The position numbers were made by a program, and so were the translations under genes. The notes below the pieces were generated by a model. The model was not told the origin of the DNA. It searched no databases and saw only the letters and a list, made by a program, of their open reading frames with translations. 64,000 nucleotides of DNA from Callorhinchus milii. Taxonomy: Eukaryota. This document shows positions 12,713 to 26,035 of this stretch, one piece after another (within the stretch, counting starts at the first letter, position 1; each line of letters begins with the position of its first letter). The stretch lies in the NCBI RefSeq assembly GCF_018977255.1, contig NW_024704743.1, positions 75,084,001-75,148,000 on the forward strand, in the 5' to 3' direction.

Positions 12713-14609
12713 GTATAAGATATATAATTCCCAGCAAACGCATATTCCCATGAGAAATAAAAATTCCATGGGAAAAGTGGTTCAACTATGGCTAAATGGA
12801 GAAGTTAAGGAAAGTATAAAATTAAAAGAAAAGGCCTATAATATTGCCAAAAAGAGCCGTAAACGTGAGGATTGGGAGGGCTTTAGAGATCAGCAAAGGA
12901 TAACCAAGAAACTGATTAAGAGGGAGAAAATGGAATATGAGAGATATAAAGACAGATTGTAAGAGCTTTTAGAAGTATATATATAGAGGAAGAGATTAAC
13001 AAAAGTAAATGTGGATCCCTTACAGGCAGAGACAGGAGAAATTATAATGGGGAATAAGGAAATGGCAGAGTCACTAAACAAATATTTTTCTTCTGTCTTC
13101 ATTTTAGAAGATACTGAAAACTTACCAAAAATAGTGGGGAACCAAGAAACTAATGTTAGTGAGGAACTTAAAGAAATTAATATCAGTAAAGTAATAGTAC
13201 GAGAGAAATTGATGGGACTGAAACAGATAAATCCCCTGGATCTGATGGCCTGCATCCTAGGGTTTTAAAAGAGGTGGCTGCAAAAATAGTGGATGCTTGG
13301 TTTTTGATTTTCCAAAATTCCCTGGATTCTGGAACGGTTCCCATTTTTTGGAGGGTCGCAAACGTAACACCGATATCTAAGAAGGGTGGAAGAGAAAAAA
13401 TAGGGAACTATAGCCCAATTAGACTGACATCAGTGGTAGGGAAAATTCTAGAGTCTATAATTAGGGATGTCGTTGTGGGGCACTTAGAAAGTGATAATAT
13501 GATTAGGCAAAGTCAACCCCGTTTTAATGAAAGGGAAATCATGTTTAACAATTTTTTAAAAGTTTTTTTGAAGATATAACTAGCAGGTTAGATGGAGGGG
13601 AACCAGTGGACATAGTGTATTTGGATTTTCAGAAGGCATTCGACAAGGTACCACATAAAAGGTTGTTACATAAGATTAGGGCTCATGGAATTAAGGGTAA
13701 TATATTAGCATGGATAACAGAGTGGTTAACAGGCAGAAAACAGAGAGTAGGGATAAACGGGTCCTTTAAGTGAGTGGGCAAAAAGGAGGCAGATGGAGTA
13801 TAACATGGGGAAGTGAGAAGTTATTCTCCTAGGTAGAAAAAATAGAAAAGCAGATTATTTTCTAGAGGAGGAGAGACTAGGTAGAGTTAGTATTCAGAGG
13901 GATTTAGGTGTCCTTGTACACCAATCACAGAAAGTTTGCATGCAAGTACAGCAAGCAACTAGGAAGGTTGATAGCATGTTAGTGTTTATTGCAAAGGGGT
14001 TAGAGTACAAGAGTAGGGAAGTCTTGCTGCAATTGTACTGAGCCTTGTTGAAACCGCACCTAGAATATTGTGTGCAGTTTTGGTCTCCTTATCTAAGAAA
14101 GGACATACTCACCTTAGAGGGGGTCCAACGTAGGTTCACCAGGTTGGATCCTGGGATGAGGGGGTTGACCTACGAGGAGAGGTTGAGTAATCTAGGCCTA
14201 TATTCTCTAGAATTTAGAAGAATTAGAGGGGATCTCATAGGAACCTATAAGATTCTTAAGGGTCTTGACAGGGTGGATAGTGTGAGATTGTTTCCCTGGT
14301 TAAAGAATCGAAAACTAAGGATCACAGTCTCAAGATTAAAGGTCAGCCTTTTAGAACTGGGTTGACAAAACATTTCTTCACTCAGAGAGTAGTGAATTTA
14401 TGGAGTTCTCTACCCCAGAAGGCTGTGGATGCTCAGTCATTGAACATATTCAAGACTGAGATCGATAGATTTTTAAAAACTAAAGGGATTAAGGGATATG
14501 GGGATAGGGCAGGTAAATGGAATTAGGTTAGAAGATCAGCCATAATCTTATTAAATGGCGGGGAAGGCTCGAGGGGCCAAATAGCCTATTCCTGCTCCTA
14601 TTCTTATGT
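12713..14609 (+). mobile_element. CR1 LINE, 5'-truncated and internally deleted
   Basis: [74 protein letters not shown]; tail ggccaaatagcctattcctgctcctattcttatgt. Confidence 0.95.
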
Positions 14610-15500
14610 CCCCCGCCCGGCCTGCCCCACCATCGGTGGTCAGGCCTTCAGCCTTTCTGCCCCCACCCTACATAACTCCATCCCACATTCCCTTTGCCTC
14701 ACTCCCTCCCTTGTTTTCGCCACGGTCTCACACCGCAGGCCGCTGAGTCCCTCATACACGCATTCATAACATCCAGGCTTGACGATGCAAATTCTCCACT
14801 TGTCGGCCTCCCCAACTCCTCCCTCCATAGGCTGCAGATCATTCAGAACTCTGCAACCTGTGTCCTCTCCTGCACGAGACTCCGCGACCTTATCACCCCC
14901 ATCCTCGCCCGACTCCACTGGCTTCCCATCACATAGTGGATACAGCTCAAGATCCTGGTCCTCACCTTCAAGGCCCTCCATGGCCTTGCTCCCACTACCT
15001 CTACAATTTCCTAACCCCCTACCAACCTGCCCGTACCCTACCCTCAGCAGGCTCTGGCCTGTTTCACGTCCCCGCCTCGCCTGCCCCACCATTGGCGGGC
15101 GGGGCTTCTGCCACTCTCTGTAACTCCATCCCGCGTCCCTCTGCCTTACCCCCTCCCTCGCCTCTTTCAAGACACCCCTCTTCGAACGTGCCTTCGGTCA
15201 CCCTCCTTCCCTCTACCCTCCCAAATCCCCAGTTTGGATCCGAAACACTGATTTCCAGCGCCTTGGGATGTCCTCCCGACATGAAAGGCGCTATACAAAT
15301 GTAATTTTGTTGTTGTTCAAGGCACGTCTGAAAACCCTCCTCTTCGACCAAGCCTTTGGCCACCCTCCTACCCTCCCTGCACTCCACCCTCCCCGATCCC
15401 GACCCCTCCCGCTCGGGTCCAAATACCTGACTGTCCAGCGCTTTGGGATGTCCTCCCAACGTGAAAGACGCTATATACAAATGTAATTTTGTATTGTATT
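14610..15500 (+). mobile_element. Three consecutive L2 3' fragments
   Basis: Continuation of the split L2 to about 14710; second piece about 14715-15316 with ITSRLDDANS and LHWLPIT plus tail; third piece 15317-15500 with its own tail. Confidence 0.9.
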
Positions 15501-16058
15501 GCATCTTATCACATCGTTGAAATATCTCGAAGTGTTTCACACAATATACTCTAAAGTGTTGTGACTGTGTGTATTTTGTAGGAGATCCCGGCAGCCAATA
15601 AGCACACATCAATGTCCCACAAACAATCATGGAGTGAGTGACCAATGTACATCATAGAGAACAGCCCATCCACCTTAGCACGGATACCTGGGGCATGCCA
15701 CTAGTTATATCTTGCCAATTCAATAAACATTCATTTATTCTGATGTCTTTCAGATAATACTCTATCCATTCTGCATTACTGAGAATTCAGTGACTCTCAC
15801 ACTCATGTGCACTGTCACAATGGTTTGAATATTTGCTAGGCTAGAAGTAATTGAAATCATTCCACCTGCAATGTAATACTGGTGTATATATCTCGAAGAC
15901 CAGTTTCATACATATTCAGACCTGCTGGTGGTTCTCACCACTTTCAACAAATTAATCAGCATGGTTATTACTTAGATCAGATTTGATGCATGAGCAATGC
16001 TAGATTTCCGAGCAGATCTATGTTCTGTTTCCCTGGAAACACAAACCAATGAACGGTA

Positions 16059-16094
16059 CTATATATATAAATATATATATATATAGAGAGAGAG
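16059..16094. repeat. (TA)n(GA)n microsatellite
   Basis: Direct reading. Confidence 0.9.
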
Positions 16095-16439
16095 ATTACT
16101 GCTCATACACTTACTGCATTCTCTTAACTGTTTCAGAACTGGGAAATTATTCTATTTCACTTCAAAAACGTAGCAATTCTTAGTGTCTCAAGGAATCCTC
16201 AGGAAATCCTAATACAATGATATTTCATATGGTGGTACATTGCCAATGAGTGCAACTTCACAGAATTTTAGATTATCCTCAACTCAAGTCAACACGAGAT
16301 GCCCCAACAAACTGGAGCTAACTGCTCTAATTTCAATTCCCTGCTCATAGTCCCACTGCTTTACAGCATATCCTGAGAAGCGCTTTGAGACATCTTGATA
16401 ATGGATAAGGTGCTATATCAAATGCAAGAATTATAATTA

Positions 16440-16675
16440 TAATCCTTGCTTTTGATATAACCCTTTATCACATTGTTGAGACGTCTCAAAGCGCTTCACA
16501 GAATATATTGTAAAGTGAATTCACTGTATATTTTGTAGGTGAAACACAGCAGCCAATTAGCCACAGCAATGTCCCACAAACATTGAGTTGCGAGTTTTTT
16601 TTTTGAGCGATTATTACCCCCACAAAGTGATCCACCAATCGACTAACAATTAGGTTCCTACTTACTGCTAGGTAC
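16440..16675 (-). mobile_element. SINE family A, long form, 5'-truncated
   Basis: Tail, shared 3' half and extra segment ccaatcgactaacaa...cctacttactgctagg. Confidence 0.85.
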
Positions 16676-16879
16676 TGTAACTTCTCATTCTTGGTATTAT
16701 CTGTGTGAACTTGCACTGCACTGTTTCCATAGTCACAACTGCCTTCAGTACTCGACAACAACAACAACAATCAAGCTAGCATCCTGGCCTCAACATTCCT
16801 GACGACCTGTCTCTTCATCCGAACCTCTCTTGTGAACAATTAAACATTTAAAACTTTTAGTCCAATTGCATTCCCAAAG

Positions 16880-17160
16880 AAAGTATTTAAAAGATGACAG
16901 AAATAATTAATTTATTGTTTAAACGGCCTTTGTCAGTTCAGAGCTGTTAAGTGGTGAAGTTAGTTGAGTTATGGTGATGAGTTCGCCATTAACCGGTCAC
17001 ATGACGCCTGTTAATATGATTGACATCTTTTAGTGTGAAGGAAATTTAAATAATTGGCTTTTAAATAATTTAGTAGTGAAATGAACTCTGGAACCCTTTT
17101 TGCCTTTCCTGATGTTTATAGCACAGATTCCCAAATGGTCGCGTTTCATTTGAACCACGG
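16880..17160. promoter_or_regulatory. Candidate conserved non-coding enhancer
   Basis: Repeat-free; GTCACATGAC E-box at 16996-17005, TGATTGACA (Pbx/Meis-type) at 17017-17025, many TAAT/ATTA cores. Confidence 0.4.
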
Positions 17161-17800
17161 AAATGTAAGACACAGTAGGAGGCCATTTGGTCATTAATTC
17201 ATGTTTGCTCCTTTAAGAAGTGATCCATCCTAATTCTAATTCCCTGCTCTTTCCTCATAACCTCTAATATCCTTCCTCTGCATGTGCTAGTCCAATTCTT
17301 TATTATTCACCTATAAATCCCTTCATCCCCTCGCACCTCTCACTTGCTCTGGTTGCCTTCCTACTGAAAATTCTTATCTTATTTAGAATCTTACTGTCTT
17401 TTAGAAATTTCACGTCCCATTGGGGAGCATTTTCTGCTATGGACATAGATATAAAGAAAGACTGTAATTCAAGAATATCTGTCACTCGTTGGTTGTTTAA
17501 TATTATGATCTCTTTAAGATCCAGCCGGGGTCCTAGTGTTTCATTAACCATCTATTTGCTATGGATATATTTATTAAAACCTTTAATGTGGTGTTTTATA
17601 TTCCCGGCAATCTTGATCTCATTTTCTATTTTGGATCCTCGTAATTATACCTTCAATCTTTGTAATTAGAGCTTCACTATATTTTGATATTATTATATTC
17701 TGAGACAAAGTACTTTGATACATCCTCCCGACTATAGGAGACTCAAGGTAAGGCTTTTGTATCCACTGTAGTGGGGATAAAAAAAATAAGAAAATTATGA
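17160..17800 (-). mobile_element. Very old CR1 relic
   Basis: aggaggccatttgg tail-type motif followed by degenerate CR1 3' sequence. Confidence 0.5.
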
Positions 17801-18879
17801 TGTTCATTTTAATAAACTTTTGACAAATGAGTACAATGTTAGAGGTAATGATGCACCATTCAGTAGGCAGTTGACAAGATTCACGTTACTGAGGAAAAGA
17901 TACTTCTTTAAAAGAAAGCGCAAAAAGGTATCACCTATAAATATTTAAATAATAATCCTTGCATTTGCATTGCCTTATCATGTCTTCAAGACGTCTCGAT
18001 GCACTTCACAAATATACTGTAAAGTGAATTGACTGTATATTTTGTGGGTGAAACTCAGCAGCCAAATGCACACAGCAGTGTCCCACAAACAGTCGTGGAT
18101 TGAGTGATCAAATTATTATTATTATAAAATCCCTAATTTCTTTATTCACCTGACATATAAACTGTACAAAAATTGATTTATTCTCATCAATGGACAACAG
18201 TGGGGTCTACAGTTAATTCATAAGTAAGGATTGATCTGCAAGTCTTGGACAGGGTTGTTTAAGTCTATTGTAGGGATAGACTTTTTAATGGCTTCAAAAA
18301 TTATGTTTCATGACAAAACACACAAACATTTCAGAGCAAATACTTCATCACTTTTAGCATTTTTTGTGATCATATTCAGTATGTCCAGTAACTGATGAAA
18401 TTAGCCTGTTTAACACTAGCTGTGTATAATCAAAGTTCTATTGATCTTTTGAGTAAACAATGACCAAATGTTACATCAAAACTAGATTATACAAAGATTA
18501 CAATCTAGCACTTCTAGTAGAGATGCTAACAAGAGTTCAGTTTTCAGAGGAAGCTTCATCCTTGTAGAGTATTTGGGTGAGCATTATTTGGGCAAGCCTC
18601 AGTGAATGAATGAGCAGCATGGATGATCTGACAATATTCACTGGAGCAAGGAATAAGCATCAATGATTTTTTTGAGCTTGAGTTATCCCACTTCAATCCT
18701 CCAAATACCCAATTTGACTGAAATCAGATAGTTATACCAGATCAACTCTAAACTCTAAAAGATGTGAGCAGCTGAACCACAAAACATGAGGAATTTGAGG
18801 TACTTAAACAATATTGGGAATATTAAACAGCAACATTAAAGTAACTATCAATTTGATTAAAAGGAATTGTATGAGTTTG

Positions 18880-19295
18880 TCAGCCTGGCTTAGTTGATAC
18901 CACTCTCACCTCTGAATCAGAAGGCTGCGAGTTCAAGCTTCACATTCGGATTTTGAGTTCTTAATCTAAGATGACACTTTAATGCAGTGCTGGGGGTGTG
19001 CTGCATTGTCAGAGGTGCCATCCTTTGGATGAGTCATTAAAACAAGGTCCCATTACCTGTTCAAAAATCCTACGGCATTGTTTGAAAGGAGAAGGCAGTT
19101 TTTCCTCCCCAAGTCCTGGTCAACAATCTTTCTAATAAAATTAGTCATTCGGTAGTCATTAGTCATGGCTGTTTGTGGGGTATTGCAATGTGCAAATTGG
19201 CTGCCGTGTTTGCCGACACACACACAGTAAATCCTGTGAAGTATTTTGATGAGGTAATAAGGAGTCACATCAAATGTGAAAATTAATTATTATTA
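18880..19295 (+). mobile_element. Full-length tRNA-Deu SINE, family B
   Basis: Head gtcagcctggcttagttg...gagttcaagc, Deu core, shared 3' half. Confidence 0.85.
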
Positions 19296-19519
19296 CGATT
19301 AATATTAAAGGCATGAGTAAAAGATGAAGGGTATTAGGTCCAGTTAGGAAGCCAGCACAAACAGAGATGTGATGAGCCGAATGGCCTCCTTCTGTGCCAT
19401 AAATGTTCTTTATCTCTGTGAATATAATCTTAAAGTATTGTTATGAGCTAACCAGAAATACTGGACTTATATGATGTCCAGCATGAGGTGACTAATTAAT
19501 AACAAAACCCCAGGCTCCA

Positions 19520-20035
19520 CAACAACAACTTGCACTTATACAGCACCCTCCACGCAGAGCGCTTAACAGTGGCAGAGCCTGACTCTGAGCCAAGGGGAAG
19601 TGGCTGTAAGCACAGTCGAAAGGCAAGGTTTTCACGTGGGACTTGAAAGAGAGGAGAGGGGGGGCGAGGCGGAGGAACTGAGGGAGAGTGCTCCAGAGTT
19701 TTGGGGTGCAGTGGCTGAAAGCGCGACCTCAGATGGTGGGGTGGAGGGTGAGGAATAAGCAGGAGGCTGGTGCCAGACGAGCGGAGGTGCCGGGTGGTGG
19801 ATTGGGGAGTGAGGAGGTTGGAGAGGTAGGGAGGTGCCAGGGAGTGAATGGATTTGAACACAAGTGTGAGGATCTTGAAGTTGATCCGTTTGGTGATGGG
19901 GAGCCAGTGGAGCCCGGCCAGAACTGGTGAGATGTGGATACGGAGTTTGGTCTGGGTCAGTTTGCGGGCAGCAGAATTTTGAATGAGCTGGATCCTGTGA
20001 ACAGAGGAGCTGGGGAGACCGGCGAGGAGTGCTCA
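19520..20035 (-). mobile_element. L2 3' fragment, second subfamily
   Basis: FKSIHSLAPPYLSNLL; tail tataagtgcaag(ttg)n. Confidence 0.88.
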
Positions 20036-20809
20036 ATATTTATGGAAATTGACAGATTCATTCATTGACATCCCCTGGTAAAGCTCCAGCTAACAGTTTT
20101 CTTAGTCACAATGGAAGACCTCTCACCTTCAACTGGTTGATCTAGTCTTCAACAGTAAATGTTTACAGGAATCCCCATTAGGAATAAAAGACCCGAACAA
20201 CCTTACCAAGAAGAACCACCAGTCACGGCTTTGCATGAATTACATGAGCTGTAAGACAACAGGGTGTAAATACACCTGCTAATGGTATGGCCCAACCTGT
20301 TGAGCATTAAAATGCCCAATGGCAATCTGTTATGTTGTGCAGAGTGCCTGAATGGGGAGGTCGTCAAGACAACCAAAACCACGGAGAAATCGCACGAGTT
20401 TGCAAGATGATGTCCTGGAGGAAAACTGCCTGGTAACATCCTCGAGGCAGTTTCTCATCAGTGAGCTCAATATCAAGTTCAATCACAACTCTCTGCACTT
20501 TGGGACTCAGAACAAAGAACAAGAACAAATGGAATTTGAACAACTTATTGCCAGCAGGTCATTTGCTATATTTGCAGATTATCCGACATCTTTACTCTCC
20601 AATCAGCCCCTTCTTTATAAAACATGGTAGATAGCTTGGCTGTATGTATCTGTACTTGATCTTGGACTGGTGTCAAAGCCAAAGAGTCTGTCTTTACTTT
20701 GTTATTCACAGGTGCACACGTCTGTGTGATACAGAGATACAAACTGCAGGCCAAAAGCTCTCAATAGAAATGACTTCTTTTGGGGAAATGTAAATAATAT
20801 CACACCAGT

Positions 20810-21210
20810 TCTAGCTAGGCTCCACTGTCTTCCGATCGCCGACCGGATCGATTTGAAGATCCTCATGCTTGTGTTCAAATCCCTTCATGTCCTGGCACCT
20901 CCATACCTCTCTGACCTGCTTACCCTTCAACCCATTGCCTCCACTCGACTGGCTTCATCCTTCTGCATGTCACTCGTGTCCTCCATTCCACCATAAGTAG
21001 CTGCACTTTCAGACTCTATGCCCTAAAATTCTGGAACACTCTTTCTCTATCCCTCTGCCTTGCTGCTTCCTTTCCCACCTTCAAGTCATGCCTCCTACTT
21101 CGACTGTGCCTGTGGTCACCTCCGCCTCCCTCTGGCTCGGTGTCATGCTCCGCCACTATCAACCGCTCTGGGACTCTACCTTGCGGTGTATAAATGCAGG
21201 TTGTTGTTGT
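20810..21210 (+). mobile_element. L2 3' fragment, second subfamily
   Basis: RLHCLPIADRIDLKILMLVFKSLH...APPYLSDLL; tail ataaatgcagg(ttg)n. Confidence 0.88.
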
Positions 21211-21289
21211 TATAATTGTAATAAATATTGGTTAGATACAGTGTTTATAGCTTCTAAACATCTCAATTTTTTTCAGTGGTAATTGCTCT

Positions 21290-21615
21290 AAAGTGTGACT
21301 GTGTATTTACAGGTGACTATAACAGCCAATTTGGGCATAACAATGTCCCACAAAGTGCCATGAAATGAATGATCAATTTACCTGCAGGATTGTTGTCCAG
21401 GACACCAGAAAAAAAAACTTTTCTTTTTGAATGGTCTTTAATACCCACCTAAGTAGGTCGACAGGACCTCAGTTTGAACAGTTTTATCACTTCCAAGAAT
21501 GCAACGTACCCTCAAAATACTACAGTGTCAGTGAGTTAGACTGTGAGCTCAAAATTACGATGTGGAGCTTGAATCCACCACTTTCTGACACAGAGGCGAG
21601 AGTCAAGCTGACACT
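21290..21615 (-). mobile_element. SINE family B, degenerate
   Basis: ccaggacacc Deu core and head cttgaatcc...ctttctgac. Confidence 0.7.
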
Positions 21616-23134
21616 TATGTCCAACACTTAAATCCAAGATTTAAAAGCAAATTGAAGAAAAACAATACAAAAGAGCCCAGGGAAAGAGCAGTGAATTAGG
21701 TTCCAAATAAATAGCTCCAGTGGAGGATATTGCATAAATATAGGCTTGATGGGCCAAAGTGCTTCCTTCTGTGCTCTAATTTCTATGATTCTCTGAACTC
21801 AACGACCCACACAAGGCTACTATGCTGTGTCCTTTCTGCCAGTCTGAGGGAGGAGACAGATTGCTGCATTGCTTTGCTCAGCTTGTTCACACCAGCTTCT
21901 GTAATAATCTTTGTCAGCACTGTTTGAGAACCTTTCATAATTGCCTGTTCTGACACGTTTGATAAAGCCTCCACTTAAGCAGTAAACCTACACTGTGTTT
22001 CTAGCAGTGGTTAGCGATTATAGATGTGCAGCTTGCTGAACCTTGCTGTTACCCCACCAAATTTTTGCATAAGTACTTTTCCGACGCTGATTAATCCTCA
22101 CTCAGGCTCATTCAAATCACTCATCCTTCAATTCTGATTAAATGTGTGCTTCACAAGCATTGAATTTTGTTATTTTTATTATTTTGTTCTGCCACAAAAT
22201 ATGATGAGGTGCTATATCAAATGCAAGGATTATTATTAGGTTATAGATGTATGTTGCATTTGTCCACATTAATGATTAGCAATTCAATACAGAATTCCAT
22301 ACCCAAATAACTATGACAACATACAAGAATACAAAATGCTGAAATTTAGATAAAAGTAATGGAGTCTCTATGCCTCACTCTTTCATCATATCTCTTAATA
22401 CCTCTACTCCCTAAGAATCTGTCCATCTCCCTCATATCTCTTTTATCACTGCGTCTAACCAAGAATTAAATTGCTATTAAGCCTCTTAAACAAGTGATGT
22501 GGTTTAGCACTGGTTCATGTGCACAGTAATATTTGGTTATCAGGGATTAATGCTACATGTATTTTCACACCAAGCACCAAACAGCAGCTAGACACTATGG
22601 TTAGAGAGCACCTTGTTTAGAGACTGTACAAAATGTGAACTTCTTCGGTTCCAGCTTTTGATCCGTAACTATATAAGACATTTTGCAGATATCCTGATTA
22701 TCAGTGACATCGAGCGGAATTATGAGAAAAAAGTGCTTGTTTGGCCAGACATCTTTTCCATTCCCAACAAATTCCTGTTCTTATTATAGTTCCTGAGACA
22801 GCACTTTGTGGGCATTTAACTGATAAGGGTAACTTACTTATCAGGCCCCCTTTTTCACAGTCTCTTATTTTTTCCTTTTGAAACTGACAGTAACCAAAAT
22901 CCCCAACTCACTAATGAGGGCACCTGACTAATAAGGACCACAACACTAATATTGACGGTCTGACTTACACAGCAAATTTGTGTGTATATCAGTATCACAG
23001 AAATAAAAGGGTTAATGAAGTCTCTGCTAGCTTCTACCTGTTTCTGCACCACGTCTTTAAAGTATGTAATGTGGTCTGGCCTAAGAGTCACTGTAATGAA
23101 CTGCAGGTCATTTTTAAATAAGACTTGTGGTGAG

Positions 23135-23603
23135 TTTCGCCCACAAATATACAGTCAATTCACTTTACCAGATATTCTGTGAAGCGCTTTGAGACATCTA
23201 GAAGACATGAAAAACGCTATATCAAATGCAAGGATTATTATTATTTATGATGATGTGATTATTGCTGGGAGCTTATCACTGGTGCAATGTCAGCAGCAAC
23301 AGAAATATAGGCAGAATGGACATTACTTTGAATGAGAAGTTAGGGTTAGGTCCGAACTACCTGTTCAGGTGAACGTTAAAGATTCCATAGCACTTTCTTG
23401 CAAAGAAAAGGGAGTTTCTCCCAGTATCCTGCCCAACAATTCCCCAAATAAAATTGGTCACTCATCACATGGGACATTTATGTGCACAAATTGGCTGCAG
23501 TGTTCCCCTACAAAATACAGTCAATCCTCATTACAGTAAATTCTGTGAAGCTGTTTAAAACATCTCAATGACCTAAATCGAATGTAAGGTTCATTATTAT
23601 TAA
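23135..23603 (+). mobile_element. Two SINE 3' fragments (about 23135-23247 and 23355-23603)
   Basis: Shared tail in both; the second has the Deu core ctgttcaggtgaacgttaaagattccatagcac. Confidence 0.85.
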
Positions 23604-25414
23604 TAAAGCAGCCTGTTCAAAATACCAGGTACCATGGTGAGTTCTGAAGACTGCAAGACAATCTGGAGATTCACATAACAGCTCAAAGTCACTTGTGCTT
23701 CACTCTCAAGCTGTGTCATTGCAGCAGTGGATTATTGCCTTGTAATCACCTTTAATCACCTATGTAAACAATTAGAACCAAGTGCAACACACAAAGAGTT
23801 TAGCGTCTCTGGTGTTCATGTTCCAATGGCAGGATGGAGCCATTTCACGTTCAATGAACCTCATCACCTTGTGAAATAATAGTTAAAAGATTGGCTAGAA
23901 ATCTCTCATTTTAAAGCGTCCTGGCCGAGGCAATATGTTGACCAAAGATATTCACCTTTCTCTGCAAATGATTTCCTTGGATCAGCTGTCAGCAGAGTAT
24001 TAACTAAAGAGTTCTATCAGCATCCTTGGCCCACCACACTCCTCAACACAGCTCTCCTGGTGAATGTGACAGTAATTTTGAGCTTAAAAGTTCAATTGAA
24101 AGTAGAATTGAGCTGTTACTCAGCACAACACAGTGCTCAGGAGGCTTGTGAAAGCAAAGTGAATTGAAGACATATTCCAGTAAATCACCAGTTAAATATT
24201 GTAATTTTCCATTAGGACTTCTGAAGAATTTATTATTGATGTCCGATAACATTTCTTTGATACTGAAGTAACAGACTGTATTTAGACTCGCCTCGATCCT
24301 ATCAAGATTAGTAAATATCCATATTCAGTGTGTTTGTGTGATGGTCTGCAATCCGACACAAATAGATTTTCAACAATAATAATAGATTCTTTTACCAATG
24401 TGGGTAGGCAAAGAATTGATAAAAGAACTGAAAGATGTCTGGACCTTTTGCAATGGCGTGGCAGGGTCAGGGGTGAGTGAGGTGTAACTTAGAAACTTGA
24501 TCTTGCAGTGAGAGTGACTACAATGGGTATCGGAAACACGCTTTTACTGTGATTGCTAGGACATGGATGTCTGTGCCGGTTCTGCTTTATAGTACAAATA
24601 TCCATTTATACAGAGCATTTCATAACGTGGAGCCCATCCAACACTTAATACTGCTGGGGTTAAGGACTGAGGGAGGTAGGAAGGGGATATAGGACTGAAA
24701 GCATGGTCAAAGAGCTACGTCTTGAGATGGATCTTGAATGAGGTGAGGGTGGGAGTGAGTCGGAGAGATTCTGGGATGAGGTTCCAGAGAGTGGGCTGAA
24801 AATTGTTGGGGAAAAAAACGTTAACAATAAATTTTTAAAAAAAATCACTGCTATTATCAGAAAAAATAAAAATTGATTTCCACCAACCCTATCTCTCTCT
24901 ATCGATTGTCGGTGTGAAGCACAAGAATTACAAGTTTCACAATTGTGCCTAGTTTTTAGCCTGCAAAACCCTTCTGCCTTAAAATTTACTTCTTAAAATC
25001 TTGAATTCTACCTTAATTTAGAAGCCGGTTTCTTTTTAAGCACCATGGAACACAGGCTTCTAAGTTAAAGCTGAATGTAACAATTTTCCGTATTTCTGCG
25101 TGATCTTATATTTTTATATTTATAGATATCTAAAAAGGAGTACACTACAGGGATACGGGGAAAGGCCATGTAAATGGGACTGAAAGGATTGCTCTTAAAA
25201 GAGCCATCACAGATGCGGTGGGCCAAATTATCTTTTTTGTGTGATATAAATTTCTATGGTTAAGACGAGGTAGAATTTCACACCTACAGTATTTTAAAAT
25301 GTTATGATTTGCAGAGGTAAGAGTTCAGATGCTGAGCAAAGGAGCCACAGAGAGTGTGAGGTGTTGAATCCAATATTTTACATAAAACTACATGCTAATT
25401 GAGTCTAAATGGCA

Positions 25415-26035
25415 ACACTATGGACCACTATATCCCCCTTCACCTCCGTCTCTCCTCTCACGTCAACCTTCAAAGTTCTGTCCTTGAATGGTTCAGATCC
25501 TATCTCTCACACTGGTTCCACTTTTTCTCCACAAACGGCTTTTCCTCCAGCACCTGCACCATATCATGTGGTGTTCCTCAGGGCTTGATCCTTGGTCCTC
25601 TCCTCTTCAACCTGTACATGCTACCTCCTGGTGACATCATCCGCAAACATGGGATCAACTTCCACAAGTATGCAGATGACACCCAACTCTATCTCTCTAC
25701 CTCCACCCTCAACTCCAGGCCCACTGATGTCCTGCCAGATTGCCTGTCAGACATCAAGTCCTGGATGAGAGGCAACTTTCTACTGTTGAATGTCAGCAAG
25801 ACTGAGGCAACAACACCAACAAAATGACATTTCCTTTCACATCAGGAGGATGTTCCCAGGCACTGGGCGATCAGTGTTTTGGACCCGTGCTTTCGTCCAT
25901 CCTCTTACCCTCTCTGCCCTCTACTTTCCATGATCCAGACCCCCACCGGCTCGGGTCCTAATGACCCTGACTGTTCAGCACCTTGGAACGTCCTCCTGAC
26001 GTGAAAGACGGGTTACAAATGTAATTTTGTATGGT
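25415..26035 (+). mobile_element. L2 RT fragment followed by an inverted tail piece and a sense tail piece
   Basis: WFRSYLS, GVPQGLILGPLLFNLYM, YADDTQLY, LNVSKTE; minus tail about 25810-25885; plus tail about 25890-26035. Confidence 0.9.

Noticed and set aside
20352..20630. 92-aa ORF and a 9-bp hairpin (aaactgcct/aggcagttt) with CTGATGA nearby on the minus strand
   Set aside because: No known protein similarity; hammerhead topology (stem II between CUGAUGA and GAAA) is missing
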